A DNA stretch of 64,000 nucleotides from assembly GCA_014905635.1 (NCBI GenBank), contig JABVCE010000002.1, positions 1,798,001-1,862,000 of the forward strand. The letters run 5' to 3'. Shown here in pieces: positions 1-11,553 of this stretch. The stretch comes from Scenedesmus sp. PABB004 (taxonomy: Eukaryota). Made by a program: the position numbers and the translations under genes. Numbering within the stretch: position 1 is the first letter of the stretch; each line of letters starts with the position of its first letter. The notes beneath the pieces are model-generated. The model was not told the DNA's origin and ran no database searches. It saw only the letters and a list, made by a program, of their open reading frames with translations.

Positions 1-113
1 GTGGGCGCGCACGTGGGCTCGCGCTCCCTGCTGGGCCGCGAGCCCTCTGCGCGGCCCTCGTGCGAGGCCCTCGCCCGGGCCGTGGCACAGCCCCCCAGCC
101 CCGCGCCGCGCGC

Positions 114-1032
114 CTGCCAGGCGAAGAGCGCGAGGTTGAGCACGTTGAGCGCGATGTGCGCGCTGCGCGCGTTGTCGTTGCCCTTCTGCATCGCCGGCAC
201 GAGCGCGGCGGCGAGCGCCCAGAGCACGACGATGCCGGCGCCGGCAAAGAGGTGGGGCCCCGGGAAGAGCTTGCCCGTGCGCGTCCAGGTGTTAAGGCAG
301 CCCTCGACCGCGATGAGCACGCCGCCGCCGAGCAGCAGGCTGCCGACGTTGAAGTGGCGGTCGCGGTAGCCGCCGCCGACGAGCTCCTTGCGCTCCTGCG
401 CGGCGCGGCGCGGCGCGTGTCGGCGCGGCGCGCGTCGGTGCGGCGCGCGTCGGCGCGCACGCGGCTGGCGTGGCGGGGCTGCGGCGGCGGCAGCAGCCGC
501 CGGCGGCAGACCCTATTGGTATGCCCCTCCCTGCCGCGCGCACCTTCTCGAGCGCCGCGATCTGCGCCGCGAGCGCGGGCGGCGCGGGCGGCGCCGCCTC
601 CTCGCCGGCGGGCGCCTTGGGCAGCTGCGCCTTGAGGGCCTTGATGTCGTCCCCGATCGTCCGGGTGCGGCGCCACTGCCAGCCCAGCCAGCCCGCGTAG
701 CCGGTGGCCAGGAACAGCCCGCCCATGACCACCGGGTGCACCAGCGCCGCGGTGGTGCCCTTGAGCAGGCTGTGGCCCTCCTCAGCCCACGCGCCGCCCG
801 CGCCCAGCAGCAGCGGCCCAGCACCGACCGCGAGCGCCATCGCCGCGCGCTCCAGGGGCGTCGTCGCCTCCGGCGCGCCCGCGCGCGACGCGGCCACGTC
901 GCGGGGCTGTGCGACGCAGGACACCGCCAGGCGCGCCCGGGCGGCGCGGGGCTGCCGGGACACGCAGGCGCGGATCGCCCGGCGCTGCGCCGCGGCCCCG
1001 CTGGCGAAGGGCGTCCGCGTGAGGACCTGCAT
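114..1032 (-). CDS. DUF4079-type membrane protein with probable plastid transit peptide (3' end lies beyond the window's left edge)
   Basis: Exon 1 (1032-544) reads MQVLTRTPFAS...ALVHPVVMGGLFLATGYAGWLGWQWRRTRTIG...LEK. Exon 2 (395-114) reads ERKELVGGGYRDRHFNVGSLLLGGGV...NTWTRTGKLFPGPHLFAGAGIVVLWALAAALVPAMQKGNDNARSAHIALNVLNLALFAWQ, followed by a GC donor. These are hallmark motifs of plant/cyanobacterial DUF4079 proteins. Confidence 0.85.
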
Positions 1033-1345
1033 CGTCAAGCGCTTTGCGGTTCTTGCGGCGGCGGAGAAAGTGCGTGTGCGGCGGCGGCGGGGCGGCGCGC
1101 GGCGTCGGCGCCCGCGACGCCGGAAGACCTGCGGCCGCACCGCTGAGCCCCGCCCAGCTCAACGCCCGGGGCTGGAGGTGGTGCCCAGCTGCCCGCCCAG
1201 CTGCCCGGCAGCCTCCCCGCTCGGTGCGGCCGCCGTGCGCGCCGCCCCCACGCGCCAGCGGGCGGCGGTCAGAGCAGCTCGCGCACGCTGCCGCCGCGCA
1301 GCCAGCGTCGCGGCGCGGTCAGAGCTAGCCCCTCGCACCGCGCTG

Positions 1346-3338
1346 ATGTCGGGCGCCGTGTCAGCCTACGACGTCCGCCGCGCCGCCGGCGGGGAGGAGG
1401 ATGCGGGCTCCGTCCGGGAGCTGGCCTTCTGCTTCCGCGCCGCGACGCGCCTCGGCGCGCTCACGGCCCTGCAGGCGCTGACCAGCCTGAGCGTGGCCTT
1501 CAACGCACTGGAATCGCTGCGTGGCGTCGGCGCGCTGTCAAGCCTGCGCCACCTGAACTGCAGCCACAACCGCCTCGCCTCGCTCGAGCCGGTCACGGGC
1601 CTGCGCGAGCTGACCAGGCGCGCGGCGGCAGCGCTGCGCGGGCGGCGGCGACCAGCTGCCAGCCCAATCCGCCGCCGGCGGGCTCGTCTCGAGCTCACGC
1701 CGCCGCGACCTCGCCGCGCCGCGCCGCGCAGCCTCAACGCCGGCTGCAACCTCCTCGCCTCCACCGCGCCGCTTGCGGCGCTGACGGGGCTCCGGGCGCT
1801 CGCGCTGCATGCCAACGCGCTGCCCGGCGGCGCCGCCGTGCTGGACCTGAGCGGCCTGACATGCCTGCGCCACGTCGCGCTCGCGCGAAACCCGATGTGC
1901 CGCCAGGAGCACAGCCGGCTGGCGACGCTCGCGCTGCTGCCGGGCCTCGAGGTGCGGAGGCGTGAGAGGGGGGGGGGGCGCTGGCGGCTGCATTTTAGCT
2001 GCCGACGGCGCCGGCCGCGCGCCGCAGACACTCGACGGCCGGGCGGTGGCCGCGGAGGAGCGCGCCGCAGCGGCGGCACACGCAGACGCGTGGGCCCGGG
2101 CGGCGCGCGACGGCGACCTCAGCAGCAGCGCCGACGGCGACGGCGCCAGCTGCGGCGGGGCGCGGCAGGGCAGCAGGCTGGCCGGCAGCGCCGGCCGCTT
2201 GGCGCCGCGCCCCGGCAGCGGCACCCGCGCGTGCGAGGGCGGCGGCGCCAGCTGCATCAAGGACGCCGCCGCGCTGCTCCCCTGCATCGCCGTGCCGCCG
2301 CTCAAGCCCAGCAGCCTGGCGCGGCGGCCGGCCGCCGAGGCGCTCCCGCCGCCCTCGCCGTGCGGCCACACGCGGGCGCGGCCGCTGACCACGGTCCACC
2401 AGCAGCGGTGCGGCGCGCGCCGCACGCGGCAGCGCATGCGGCAGCGCGGCGAGGCCTGGCGCGCCCGCCCCGAGCCCCCGGGCCCCGCCGCGTGCCCGCT
2501 CTCGCCCGCCCCCAGGTACATTGGCAGCACCGCCTCCGGGCCGGCGGTGCTCGTGCGCAGCGACGGCAGCGCCGCGCTGACCTGGCCCGACGGCAGCCTC
2601 GCCGCGTCGCTGGACGCGGCAGACGACGGCGCCGGCGGCGGCGCGGCGGCGGGCGCGGCGGCGGCGCCGCCGGCGTCGTACCGCCTGCTCGCGATGCACC
2701 GCAGCGTGCTGGGCGTCGCCGCGAGCTTTGACGCGGGCGGCGGCTTCGCCCAGTACGCCGACGGCAGCCTCGCGCTCGTGTGGAGCGCGCGCGACGGCGG
2801 CGGCACCGCGTACGCGCCCGGCGGCGCCGTCACGCACGCATTCAACACGCGGCGCCGCGGCGCCGCGCCGCGGTGCGATGTCGTGCTCCACCTCGGCCCG
2901 CACCTGACGGCGACGTTTGTCGCGGCCACGCGCGAGCTGGTGCTCGCGTTTGACTGCGACGGCTGCGCCGCGCGCCTGAGCAGCCTGCACGGCGCGGTGC
3001 TGCCGCCGCCGCCCGGCGGTGGCGGCGACGAGGGGTGCGCAACGGCGCTGCTGGAGGCGGCAGCGGCGGCAGCGAGGGCGCCGCCCTCGCTGGCAGCGGC
3101 CGAGCCCGCGGCGAGCGTCGGCGGCAGCGACACGGCCGCGCTGCTGGCGCGCGCGCGGGCCCTCATGGCGGCTGAGTTTGGCGACGACGAGCCCGCCGGC
3201 GGGGGCGGCGGCGCTGTCGTGCCCCCGCCGCCGGCCGAGCCGCAGGCCCCGGGCGCTGCGCCGCCGGACGACGACGGCGGCGCCGCCGCCCTGATCGCGC
3301 GGGCGCGCGCGCTGCTGGCGCACACGAGTGCAGACTGA
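1346..3338 (+). CDS. Leucine-rich-repeat protein with C-terminal FAM194-like domain
   Basis: SDS22-like LRRs (LTSLSVAFNAL, LRHLNCSHNRL, LTSLNAGCNLL, LRALALHANAL, LRHVALARNP) and an LRR cap (LPGLE|TLDG). Later beta-rich segment WPDGSLAASLD...YRLLAM...AASFDAGGGFAQYADGSLALVW resembles FAM194. Introns at ~1618-1731 (GC-AG) and ~1952-2027. Confidence 0.65.
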
Positions 3339-3521
3339 GGGCGAGAGCGTGTAGAGCGAACGCGCGTGCAGCAAAGGCCGGAGCAGCAGACCGAGCTCCC
3401 GCGCCCCACCGCGTGCAGCGGCCTCGTCAGGCGCCACACACCGGCCCGGCTTGCGCAGGAGGATCGGCGCCGCCATGGCGCGCCGGCAGCGCGCAATTGG
3501 CGGGCGGTGAGCGGCGGGGCG

Positions 3522-5720
3522 ATGGCGCTGGCCGTCGGCGCCACGGCGGCCTGGCGCCCCGCCCCGGCGCCAGGGGCCCCCCGGCGTCGGCCGCGCCTGG
3601 CGGCCGCCGCCGCGCCGGGGGGCCCGGCGGCGCCGTGGGCGGCGGAGCAGCGGCAGCAGCAGCGGCAGCGGGACTGCGCGGCCGCCGCGCGCGCGCGGCG
3701 CGGCCGGCAGGACCCCGGCGAGGCCGAGGCGGAGTCGTCGGCGGACGAGGCGCCGCCGCCGGTGGACCTGGGGCGGCGCGCGGAGGCGATCAGCGCGCAG
3801 CTGGGCCTGCCGGCGGCGGGCGTGCGCGCGGTCGTGCGCGCGCACCCCGCGCTCGCGGGCGTGCCGCTGGAGCGCCTGGTGCGGTGCCTGCCGCCGCTGG
3901 CGCACGCGCTGGGCGTGCCGCTGGCGCAGGCGCTCTTCATGGCGGCGCGCGCGCCGGGCGTGCTCGACGCCGACCCCGCCGCGCTGCTGGGCGCGGCGGC
4001 GGCGCTCGCCGACGCGGTGGCGCTGCCGGCGGAGCAGGTCGCGTTCATGGCGGCGCGCCAGCCGGGCCTGCTGGACGCGCCGCCGGCACGCATGGCGGCC
4101 GAGGCGGCCAAGCTCGGCGCCGCGCTCGGCTGCAGCACGCGCGGCGGGCTGCAGCTGCTCTCCCGCCTCGGCCCGGCCGAGCTGCACGCCGTGCTGAGCA
4201 TGAGCGGCGGCACCGTGGCGCGGCGCCTGCCCGAGGTGCTCGAGGCGCTGGGCCTGCCCAGCGACTCCACGGCGCGGCTGGACATGCTGTCGCTCGTCGC
4301 GAAGCACCCCGGCCTGCTCGCGGCGAGCCTGTCCGACGTGGGGCGCTCGACCGACGCGCTGCTCGTCGCGTTCCAGCAGAGCGCGCCGCTCACGTTTGCG
4401 GCGGTGCTCGGCCGCTGCCCGAGCCTGCTCACGCTGCCGGCGGAGGCGCTGCTGGCGAACTACCAGGGCCTGCTGCTGGCGCTGGGCGTGGGCCGGCCGA
4501 CGCTCGCGCGCGTGCTCGCGCGCCACCCGCAGCTGCTGCGCTCGCCGCCCGACGCCGTCGCGGCGAAGCTGCGCTGGATGGCGTTCCGGCTCTACCTGCC
4601 GCAGGCGCAGGTCGTGGCGATGGTCGTGCGCCAGCCGGCGCTGCTGTCGCGCGACAGCGCCGCGCTCGGCGACGCGCTGTCGGGGCTGCAGGCCACGCTC
4701 GGGACGAGCTACGCCGGCGCGGTCGCGGCGGTCGCGCGCGCGCCCAACCTGCTGCTCTGGGCGCCGGCGAGCCTCGCGCGCAAGCACGCGCTGCTGCTGG
4801 ACGCCACGGGCCTGCCGCCGGCGCGGCTCAACGCGCTGCTGCTGCAGCAGCCCGGCCTGCTCACGCTCGGCGTCGACGCGCTGACCGCGACGCTGGATGC
4901 GCTGCGCGACGTGCTGGGCCTCGCCGGGCCGGCGCTCGGCGCGCTGCTGCTGGCCGACCCGCGCGTGCTGCTCCGCGGCGGGCGCGTGCTGTCGGAGCAG
5001 GTCGCCGAGCTGCAGGAGTACCTGGCCCTTCCGGCGGCGACGATCCGCGAGCTCGTGGTGCGCTGCCCCGGCGTGCTGCGCGCCGGGAGCGCGGTGTGGC
5101 TGGCCAACATCACGACGCTGCTGGAGGTGCTGGGGCTCACGCCGCAGCAGGTGCAGGGCGCGGTGCTGGCCAAGCCCCAGGTGCTGCGCCTGCCGCCGGG
5201 GCGGCTCGTGCGCACGGCGCGCCGCCTCGCGCAGCTCGCGGGCCAGGCGCCGGGCTGGCGCGCGGAGCTGGGCGGCCTCGGCGGCGCCGCGCTGGCGCGG
5301 CTGCTGCGCCTGGACGCGCGCGCGCTGTGGCGGCTCGCATACCTGGCCGACACGCGCCAGGCGGGCGGGCTGGCGGCGGACGCGGCGCTGGCGGCGAACA
5401 ACGCGCGCTGGGCGGCGCGCCACGCGGGCTTTGACCGCTGGCTGCGCCGCCAGCGGCGCAGCGAGGCGGCCAGCGCGGGCGCGGCGCAGGCAGCAGCAGC
5501 AGCCGGCGGGCCGCCGCCCTGGGGCAGCGACGGCGCGCGGCCGCCAGCGGCGCGGCCGCAGCAGCGGCTGCAGCGGCAGCAGCAGCAGCTGGAGCAGCGC
5601 GAGCAGCAGCAACGATGGCAGGCGGTCGCTGGGCTGCAGGAGCAGCGGCAGGAGCGGCCGCGGCAGCAGCCGGAGCAGCAGCTGGCGGCGGCCGGCGCCT
5701 GGAGAGCGGAGCGGCAGTGA
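3522..5720 (+). CDS. mTERF-family helical-repeat organellar protein (intronless)
   Basis: Ala/Arg-rich transit-peptide-like N-terminus, then ~35-aa repeats ending in xxPxLL (ARAPGVL, ARQPGLL, AKHPGLL, GRCPSLL, ARHPQLL, VRQPALL, ARAPNLL, LQQPGLL, LADPRVL, VRCPGVL, LAKPQVL), typical of mTERF. Confidence 0.75.
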   Translation: MALAVGATAAWRPAPAPGAPRRRPRLAAAAAPGGPAAPWAAEQRQQQRQRDCAAAARARRGRQDPGEAEAESSADEAPPPVDLGRRAEAISAQLGLPAAGVRAVVRAHPALAGVPLERLVRCLPPLAHALGVPLAQALFMAARAPGVLDADPAALLGAAAALADAVALPAEQVAFMAARQPGLLDAPPARMAAEAAKLGAALGCSTRGGLQLLSRLGPAELHAVLSMSGGTVARRLPEVLEALGLPSDSTARLDMLSLVAKHPGLLAASLSDVGRSTDALLVAFQQSAPLTFAAVLGRCPSLLTLPAEALLANYQGLLLALGVGRPTLARVLARHPQLLRSPPDAVAAKLRWMAFRLYLPQAQVVAMVVRQPALLSRDSAALGDALSGLQATLGTSYAGAVAAVARAPNLLLWAPASLARKHALLLDATGLPPARLNALLLQQPGLLTLGVDALTATLDALRDVLGLAGPALGALLLADPRVLLRGGRVLSEQVAELQEYLALPAATIRELVVRCPGVLRAGSAVWLANITTLLEVLGLTPQQVQGAVLAKPQVLRLPPGRLVRTARRLAQLAGQAPGWRAELGGLGGAALARLLRLDARALWRLAYLADTRQAGGLAADAALAANNARWAARHAGFDRWLRRQRRSEAASAGAAQAAAAAGGPPPWGSDGARPPAARPQQRLQRQQQQLEQREQQQRWQAVAGLQEQRQERPRQQPEQQLAAAGAWRAERQ

Positions 5721-6448
5721 GCGAGGGTGCGGGCGCGGGGAGACGGGCGGCGGCCGCGCGCCGAGCGCGCAGGCGTCTGCTGGGCGCGTGACGGAAGGTC
5801 GTGGTGCTGCGCTAAGCACCGCCAGGCGGCAGGGCGGGCGGCAACTCGGCGCCTCGCGCGCAGCAGCAGCAGCAGCACGCGCGCCGCGGTCCAGCCCCGG
5901 CCAGGCCCTGCCACGCCCCACCGGCCTGCTGGCGCCGACAGCAGCGGAAGGCGAGGCGGCGGTCACAGGCGCGCGAGGCGTGACCTGCCCCCATTCACCT
6001 CCTCTCCCCGCCGCGCCCTCCCCGCCCTCCCAGACGCCCAGGCGACCTCCCGGTGAGGGAGCGGCGGCGGTCGCGAGCAGCGGCCGGCGGCGTGCCGCCC
6101 GCCTGCGCAGCGCCAGGCCCCCGCGCCGCGCCTGCGAGCGCCCCTTGCGACGTTCAACCACCCGCCGCCCTCCACGCCACGCCCCGCAGGCTCGCCGGCC
6201 AGCCCCACTCCGCCTCGCCGACGCCTGCCCCAGGTGCGCGCCCTGCCCGCGAGGCGCGCTCGCGACACCGCCATTGCACCTGCCAACGCATTTACACACG
6301 CCTCGAGCGCAGCGGCGGCCGCGGCAAGGCGCCCAGCGCTCGCGCCGCTGCCGCCGCGCTGCTCGCTCACCCCGAGCGCCCGCTCGCCCCTGCCCCCCGC
6401 CGCAGGCGTGCCCAGTGCCTCGCCCCGCGCGTCTCCACCTCCGCCGCC

Positions 6449-8172
6449 ATGCGTCGCGCCGCGCTCGCCCTGCTCGCGGGGCTCGCGCTGCTGACCTCCG
6501 TGTCGGGCCACAACCTGGTCGCGAGGGTGAAGGTCGCAGACTGCACGGGAGCGTGAGTGGGGGGGGCTGCCGGTCTGCGCCGACGTGGCCGCGCCGCGCT
6601 GCGCGCTGCGCTGCGCCGTCCACTACGCCGCGCCGCTGCGCGTGCGCCGCGCGCCGCGCCGCCGCTGACGCGCCGCCGCCCGGCTGCGCCGCCCGCCCGC
6701 CGCGCAGGCCCGTGGTCGGCGCGACCGTCAAGCTGAGCGGCTGCGTGGTGGACCCCGTCCTGCTGACCACCGACGCCAACGGCACCGCCGAGACGCCCCT
6801 GGACGGCGGCATCCTGTACTGCTACACGGTGGCGGGAGATCAGTGCCTCATCGAGGTCACATCCGCCCCGAACGGCCTCTCGCGCGCGTTCCCCAGCCAG
6901 ACCCTCACCTTTGAGAGCGCCCCGGTGACCCCCAAGCAGTACATGTGCAAGACCTTTGGCTGCTGCCACCCCTGCAACCAGCCCGACCCCTTCCTCGGCG
7001 GCCTGCCGCAGCCGGCGGAGGAGGTCTGCCAGGACGAGCGCACCACCTTCTACGTGCAGGACCCCATAGTCTTTGCACACAACGCCACGACTTGCGCACC
7101 GGTGTGGCGCTGCGGCGCGCTTGCGGCGCGCTTGCGGGGCGCCGCGGGGCCGCCAGCCGCGCGCGCGCGCCGCGCCGCCGCCGCCCGCGCGCGCCCGCGC
7201 CTCCGCCGCCTGCCCGCGCGCGCCGCGACGCCGCCGCCTGCCCGCGCCGAGGCGCCGCCGCCCGCCCACCCGCGCGCGCCCGTCCGCCGCCAGCCGCCGC
7301 CCACGTTTGAGGACATGTCTGGCGAGACCTGCTTCGCGTGGTTTGGCCCGACGCTGCAGGCCTCCAACCTGCCCCAGCTGCTGAGCCTGCCCGCGGCGTC
7401 GGCGTCGTTCCGGCAGAACCAGCAGAACGACACCATCAACGGCGTCACCCTCTCCTCGGGCGCGCTGTCGCTCAACGCGGCGCCCACCACGCCCACCTTT
7501 GCGCCGCTCCCCAGCATCAACAGGCGCGACGCGGCCGCGCCGCGCGGCGCCGCGGCACGGCGCCGCAGCATGGCGCACGTCGCGGCGCGGCCAGCGCGGC
7601 CAGCGTGGCCAGCGCGCCGCGCCTCACCCGCGCCGCCGCGCCGCGCCGGCAGGTGGGGCTGGGAGACGCTGTGGCGCCTGTCTGCGCCGTCGGTGCAGCG
7701 CGGGCTGATGTACTGCGGCCAGAACATGCCCGGCGGCACCGTGTCCATGACCGTCGCCGCGGGCAGCCTGACCTATGAGCTCAACATGGGCACCAACTTC
7801 ACGCGCGGCGACCTGCACGTGTACGCCGCCTGCGCGCCCTTTGCTGCCAGCTCGCTGCAGCTCGGCTCGCTCAACTGTGAGCGCCGGCGGCGCCGCGAGG
7901 GGGGCGCGCGCTGGCCGTCGCCAGCCTCGCACCGCGTGCGCTCGCCCGCGGGCTCCTGCCGCCCACGCGCCGGCTGCGCCGCCGCGCGCCCACCCGCCCG
8001 CCCGCCCGCCCGCCCCGCAGGCAACCCCACCAAGCTCGCCGGCTGCGCGTCGGCCGAGGTGCTGGCCAGCCCGGCCGGGTCGGCGCTGCTCACGCGCTAC
8101 CGCGCGACCATCACCCTGCCCGGCGGCTGCCCCGGCGGGGTCGCCTACTCCATCATCCACCTCGGCCTGTGA
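6449..8172 (+). CDS. Secreted Cys-rich protein of unknown function (5 exons)
   Basis: Signal peptide MRRAALALLAGLALLTSVSG. Coding-like exons at ~6449-6551, 6708-7101, 7294-7523, 7653-7876 and 8021-8172. Motifs include GATVKLSG..TTDANGTA, GETCFAWFG, NRWGW and DLHVYAAC. Confidence 0.7.
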
Positions 8173-8421
8173 CCACCACACGCACCGGCCCCTCCGCGCG
8201 CGCCGCGGGGGCTGCCTGGCGCGCGCCGCGCGCGGAAGCCCCGCGCCGCGCGCGGAAGCCCCGCGCCGCGCGCTGGCGGCGAGCGGGCGCGCAGCGGCGG
8301 AGCGTCTGCTGCCCTCTGCAGCGTCCGCGGCTGCCTGTTTTCATGTTCTCAGTTGACTGCAGCTCGGTAAACCACAAGAGCTGCATGCTGTCGGTTGACG
8401 TGCGGCGACCAGCTGGGAGTA

Positions 8422-11400
8422 ATGTTGCACCACGCAGCTCGCGCGCTGACCACCGCCAGTCGCGGCAGCAGAACCAGGGCAGGCTTGTTGCAGCCAGCCA
8501 TGGCCCAGCGGGGCATGTCGCAGCCCGCTGAGCGCCCTCGCAGAGAGCGCGCGCAAAACCAGGAAAGAGGTGCAAGGCGCCAAGGCGCCAGCCGCCTTGC
8601 GCCGCCAGAGCAGCCACGACCTCGCACACGGCGGGAGGCGAGAGCCAGCAGGCGCCGCAGCCCGCTCCCGTCCCGTGCGAGGACGGCTTTATTTGTTTAT
8701 TCTCCAGTCAAGTCGAGTTTATTCTCCAGTCATGTGCAGAGCGCGCAGAGTGGCGTGCACACACACACGCAGCGGCGGCGCACACGCGCCGCTCGCGCCG
8801 TCGCCCCGCCCGCCCGGCCAGCGCTCAGCCTCAGCGCAGCCCCCGGTCCCGGCCCCGGCACCGACCCCAGCCAGCCCGTCAGATGTCAGATGTTCGGGGC
8901 CATTGCGCCGTCGCCGCACCAGGTGTTCATCCTGGCCTTCCAGCCGGCGACGTCCGCCGGCGAGCCACGCGCGGGCGTGCGCGGCGCAGCTGCGGGCGCG
9001 GCGTTGCCGCGCGCGAGCGCGTCGCGGAAGCTGACGCGCTGCGCTGCGGCGGTCCTGATTGGGGGCAGCGCCGGCGCCTCGGACGCCTCCGGCGCGGGGC
9101 GCAGCGCCTCCTCGTCCTCCTCGGCCGGCGCGCCGTCGCAGGCGGCCCCGTTGTCGCTGGCGGCGGCGGCCGCCGCCTCGCCCGTGCCCACGTCGGCGGC
9201 CCAGGGCTCGTCGTCGGCGCTGGCCAGCAGCGGCTCAAAGGTCGACTCCGCGGGCACCTGCAGCGAAGCGCGCGGAGCGGTGCGGCGCGGGCAGGCGTCA
9301 GCCGTCGGGCGCCGCGACGATGGGGTCGGCGCGCGCGCGCACGCAACCGCCAGGCGAGCCGCGGCCAGCCTCGCGCGCTGGTCACCTTGGCGCCCATCGA
9401 GCCGTCGCCGCACCAGGTGTTCATCCTGGCCTTCCAGGCGGCGATGTCCGCCGGCGAGCCGCGCGCGGGCGTGCTGCGCGCAGCTGCGGGCGCGGCGTCG
9501 CCGCGCGCGAGCGCGTCGCGGAAGCTGCTGTACGCCACCTTGACGGCGACGGTGTTGACGGCTAGGGGGGTGTCGGCGGGCACCTCGGGCGCCCGGTGCA
9601 ACACGTCCTCCTCCACCACCGCGCGAGCGGCCTCGACGTCGCCGGCGGCCGCCGCCTCGCCCGTGCCCGCGTCGGCGGGCACGGCGTTGCAGGGCGCGGC
9701 GTCGGCGCTGGCCAGCAGCGGCTCGAAGCTCGCCGCGGCGGGCACCTGCAGCGAGGCGCGCGGCGCGGTGCGGTGCGGGCAGGCGTCAGCCGTCGGGCGC
9801 CGCGGCGGTGGGGCCGGCGCGCGCGCGCACGCGGCGGCCAACCGAGCCGCGGCCAGGCTGGCGCGCTGGTCACCTGGGCGCCCTGCCCGCCGACGGTGCA
9901 GCAGACGCGCGTGCGCGCCGCGTGGCCGGCGTCGTCCTCGTCAGAGCCGCGCGCGGGCGTGCTGGGCGCAGCGGGCGAGGTGTCGCTGCGCACGCGCGCG
10001 TCGCAGAAGCTGTTGGCGCGTGGCTCGGCAGCGCGGGCCTTGATGGCCGGCAGCGCCGGCGCCTTGGGCGCCGGGCACAGCGCCTCCTCCTCCGCCTCCT
10101 CCTCCTCCACCGCTGGCGCGTCGCAGGCGGCGGCGGCCGCCGCCTCGCCCGTGCCCACGTCGGCGGGCGCAGCGTCGGCTGGCGCGGCGTCGGCGGGCGC
10201 GGTGTCGCAGGGCGCGTCGGCGTCGGCGCTCAGGGGCTCGGGGTCGGCGGCGGCGAGGGCCTGCAGCAGGTGGTGTGGCAGGGGGCAGGCATCGGCGGCG
10301 CTCGTGCCGCGCGCGGCGGCAGCGCGCGGCACGCCTCTGTGCAAGCCCGCGTGCGCACGCGGCGGCCAGGCGAGCCGGCGCCGGCACAGTGCCAGCACGC
10401 AACCCACCTGCGCGTCCTCTGCCGCGGGCGCCTCGGTCAGCTCCGCTGCCTTGCTCTGGTGCTGCTCGGCGAGGAGCGCCAGGCGTGCCTGCGGGCGCGG
10501 CGCGGGCGCGTGAGCGGGCGGCTGAGCTCACAGCGCGTCTCTCAGGCGCACGGGCCGGCCCGCGGCGGCGCCGCACGCGCCCCCCGTGAGAGCGGCGCCG
10601 GCGGCGCGGCGCCGTGCGGCCGCGGAGCGGCTCCGCGCGCGCAGGCGCCGCGTCCGGAGCGGGATGACAGATGTGTCGAACTGCAGGGCTAGCTACCAGG
10701 CCCGCCCGGCGCGCGGGACGGCGGGGGCGGCCCTCCCGCGCTCGGCGCGCCTCCCCGCCTCGGGACGGGCGCGGCGCGTCGCCCACCTTGCGGCACATCT
10801 CTCTGCGGGACACGTAGAAGGCGTGGAGGCCGGCACCAGCCACGCAGAGCGCCGCGGCGAGGAAGCACTTGCGGGCCATTGTAGTGGAGGCGCGTGGCTG
10901 GTCGGGCAGCGTTGGGGGCGCGTGCAGCTTGAGTCTGCGACGTCCGTGAGCTCCGCCCTGGGCGGCGTGCGGCTATATTGCCCGGGCGGGCAGGCGGCGG
11001 TTGGAACCGCTAGCGGTTCTCAACCGCACCGCCCGCTCGCCTGCCGCTGCTCTCCGCGCGCGCGCCGCCGGCCGCGGCCTGGCGCCCGCTGGGGCCGCCG
11101 GCACCGCGCCGCCCGGCCGCTGGACAGCCTGCGAGCTGGAGCGCGCGCGCCGCGCGCCGAGCGCGGCGCGGTGCGGCTCGCTGGCTCACTGGCCGCCGAC
11201 TGCCGCCGCGCTCCGTGTGCGCTGCCAGAGCTGGCGCCGCTGGTTGGGAGCTGCGGGGGCCGTGTCACACTGCCTGTTGGACACTAGGCCGGGCTTGGCC
11301 CTGGCGGCAGCCGCACGCACCCGCGCCGCCGCTGCAGCGCTGCCGCACCGCACGGTGCCGTGGGGCGCCGACGCAGACGGCTCTGCGCGCGCGCGCGCTG

Positions 11401-11458
11401 GCAGGCGGCGGGGCTGACAATGCTCAGCCCTCACGCCACACGCCGTCACGCGGCAGCG
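8422..11458 (-). repeat. Copy A of an inverted segmental duplication (partner at 25266-27852)
   Basis: The reverse complement aligns by eye at high identity with 25266-27852 across upstream region, exons, introns and 3' region. Confidence 0.95.
8886..10879 (-). CDS. Orphan protein with N-terminal signal/anchor and three tandem exon-encoded acidic Ala/Pro-rich modules (copy A)
   Basis: MARKCFLAAALCVAGAGLHAFYVSRREMCRK | ARLALLAEQHQSKAAELTEAPAAEDAQ | module 1 | module 2 | module 3 ending WKARMNTWCGDGAMAPNI*. GT-AG phase-0 introns are conserved in copy B. Confidence 0.65.
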
Positions 11459-11553
11459 ATCCAGCGCGCACCGCTGCCGCACTCCTCCAGCCGCGGCGCG
11501 CACGCTGGGCTGGCTGGCAGCGCACCGCCAGCGCCGGCTGCAGACGAAGACCT

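Noticed and set aside
3522..5720. Intronless mTERF gene as a retrogene or horizontal transfer
   Set aside because: mTERF genes are commonly intron-poor, GC and codon usage match the neighbours, and there is no poly(A) remnant or TSD.
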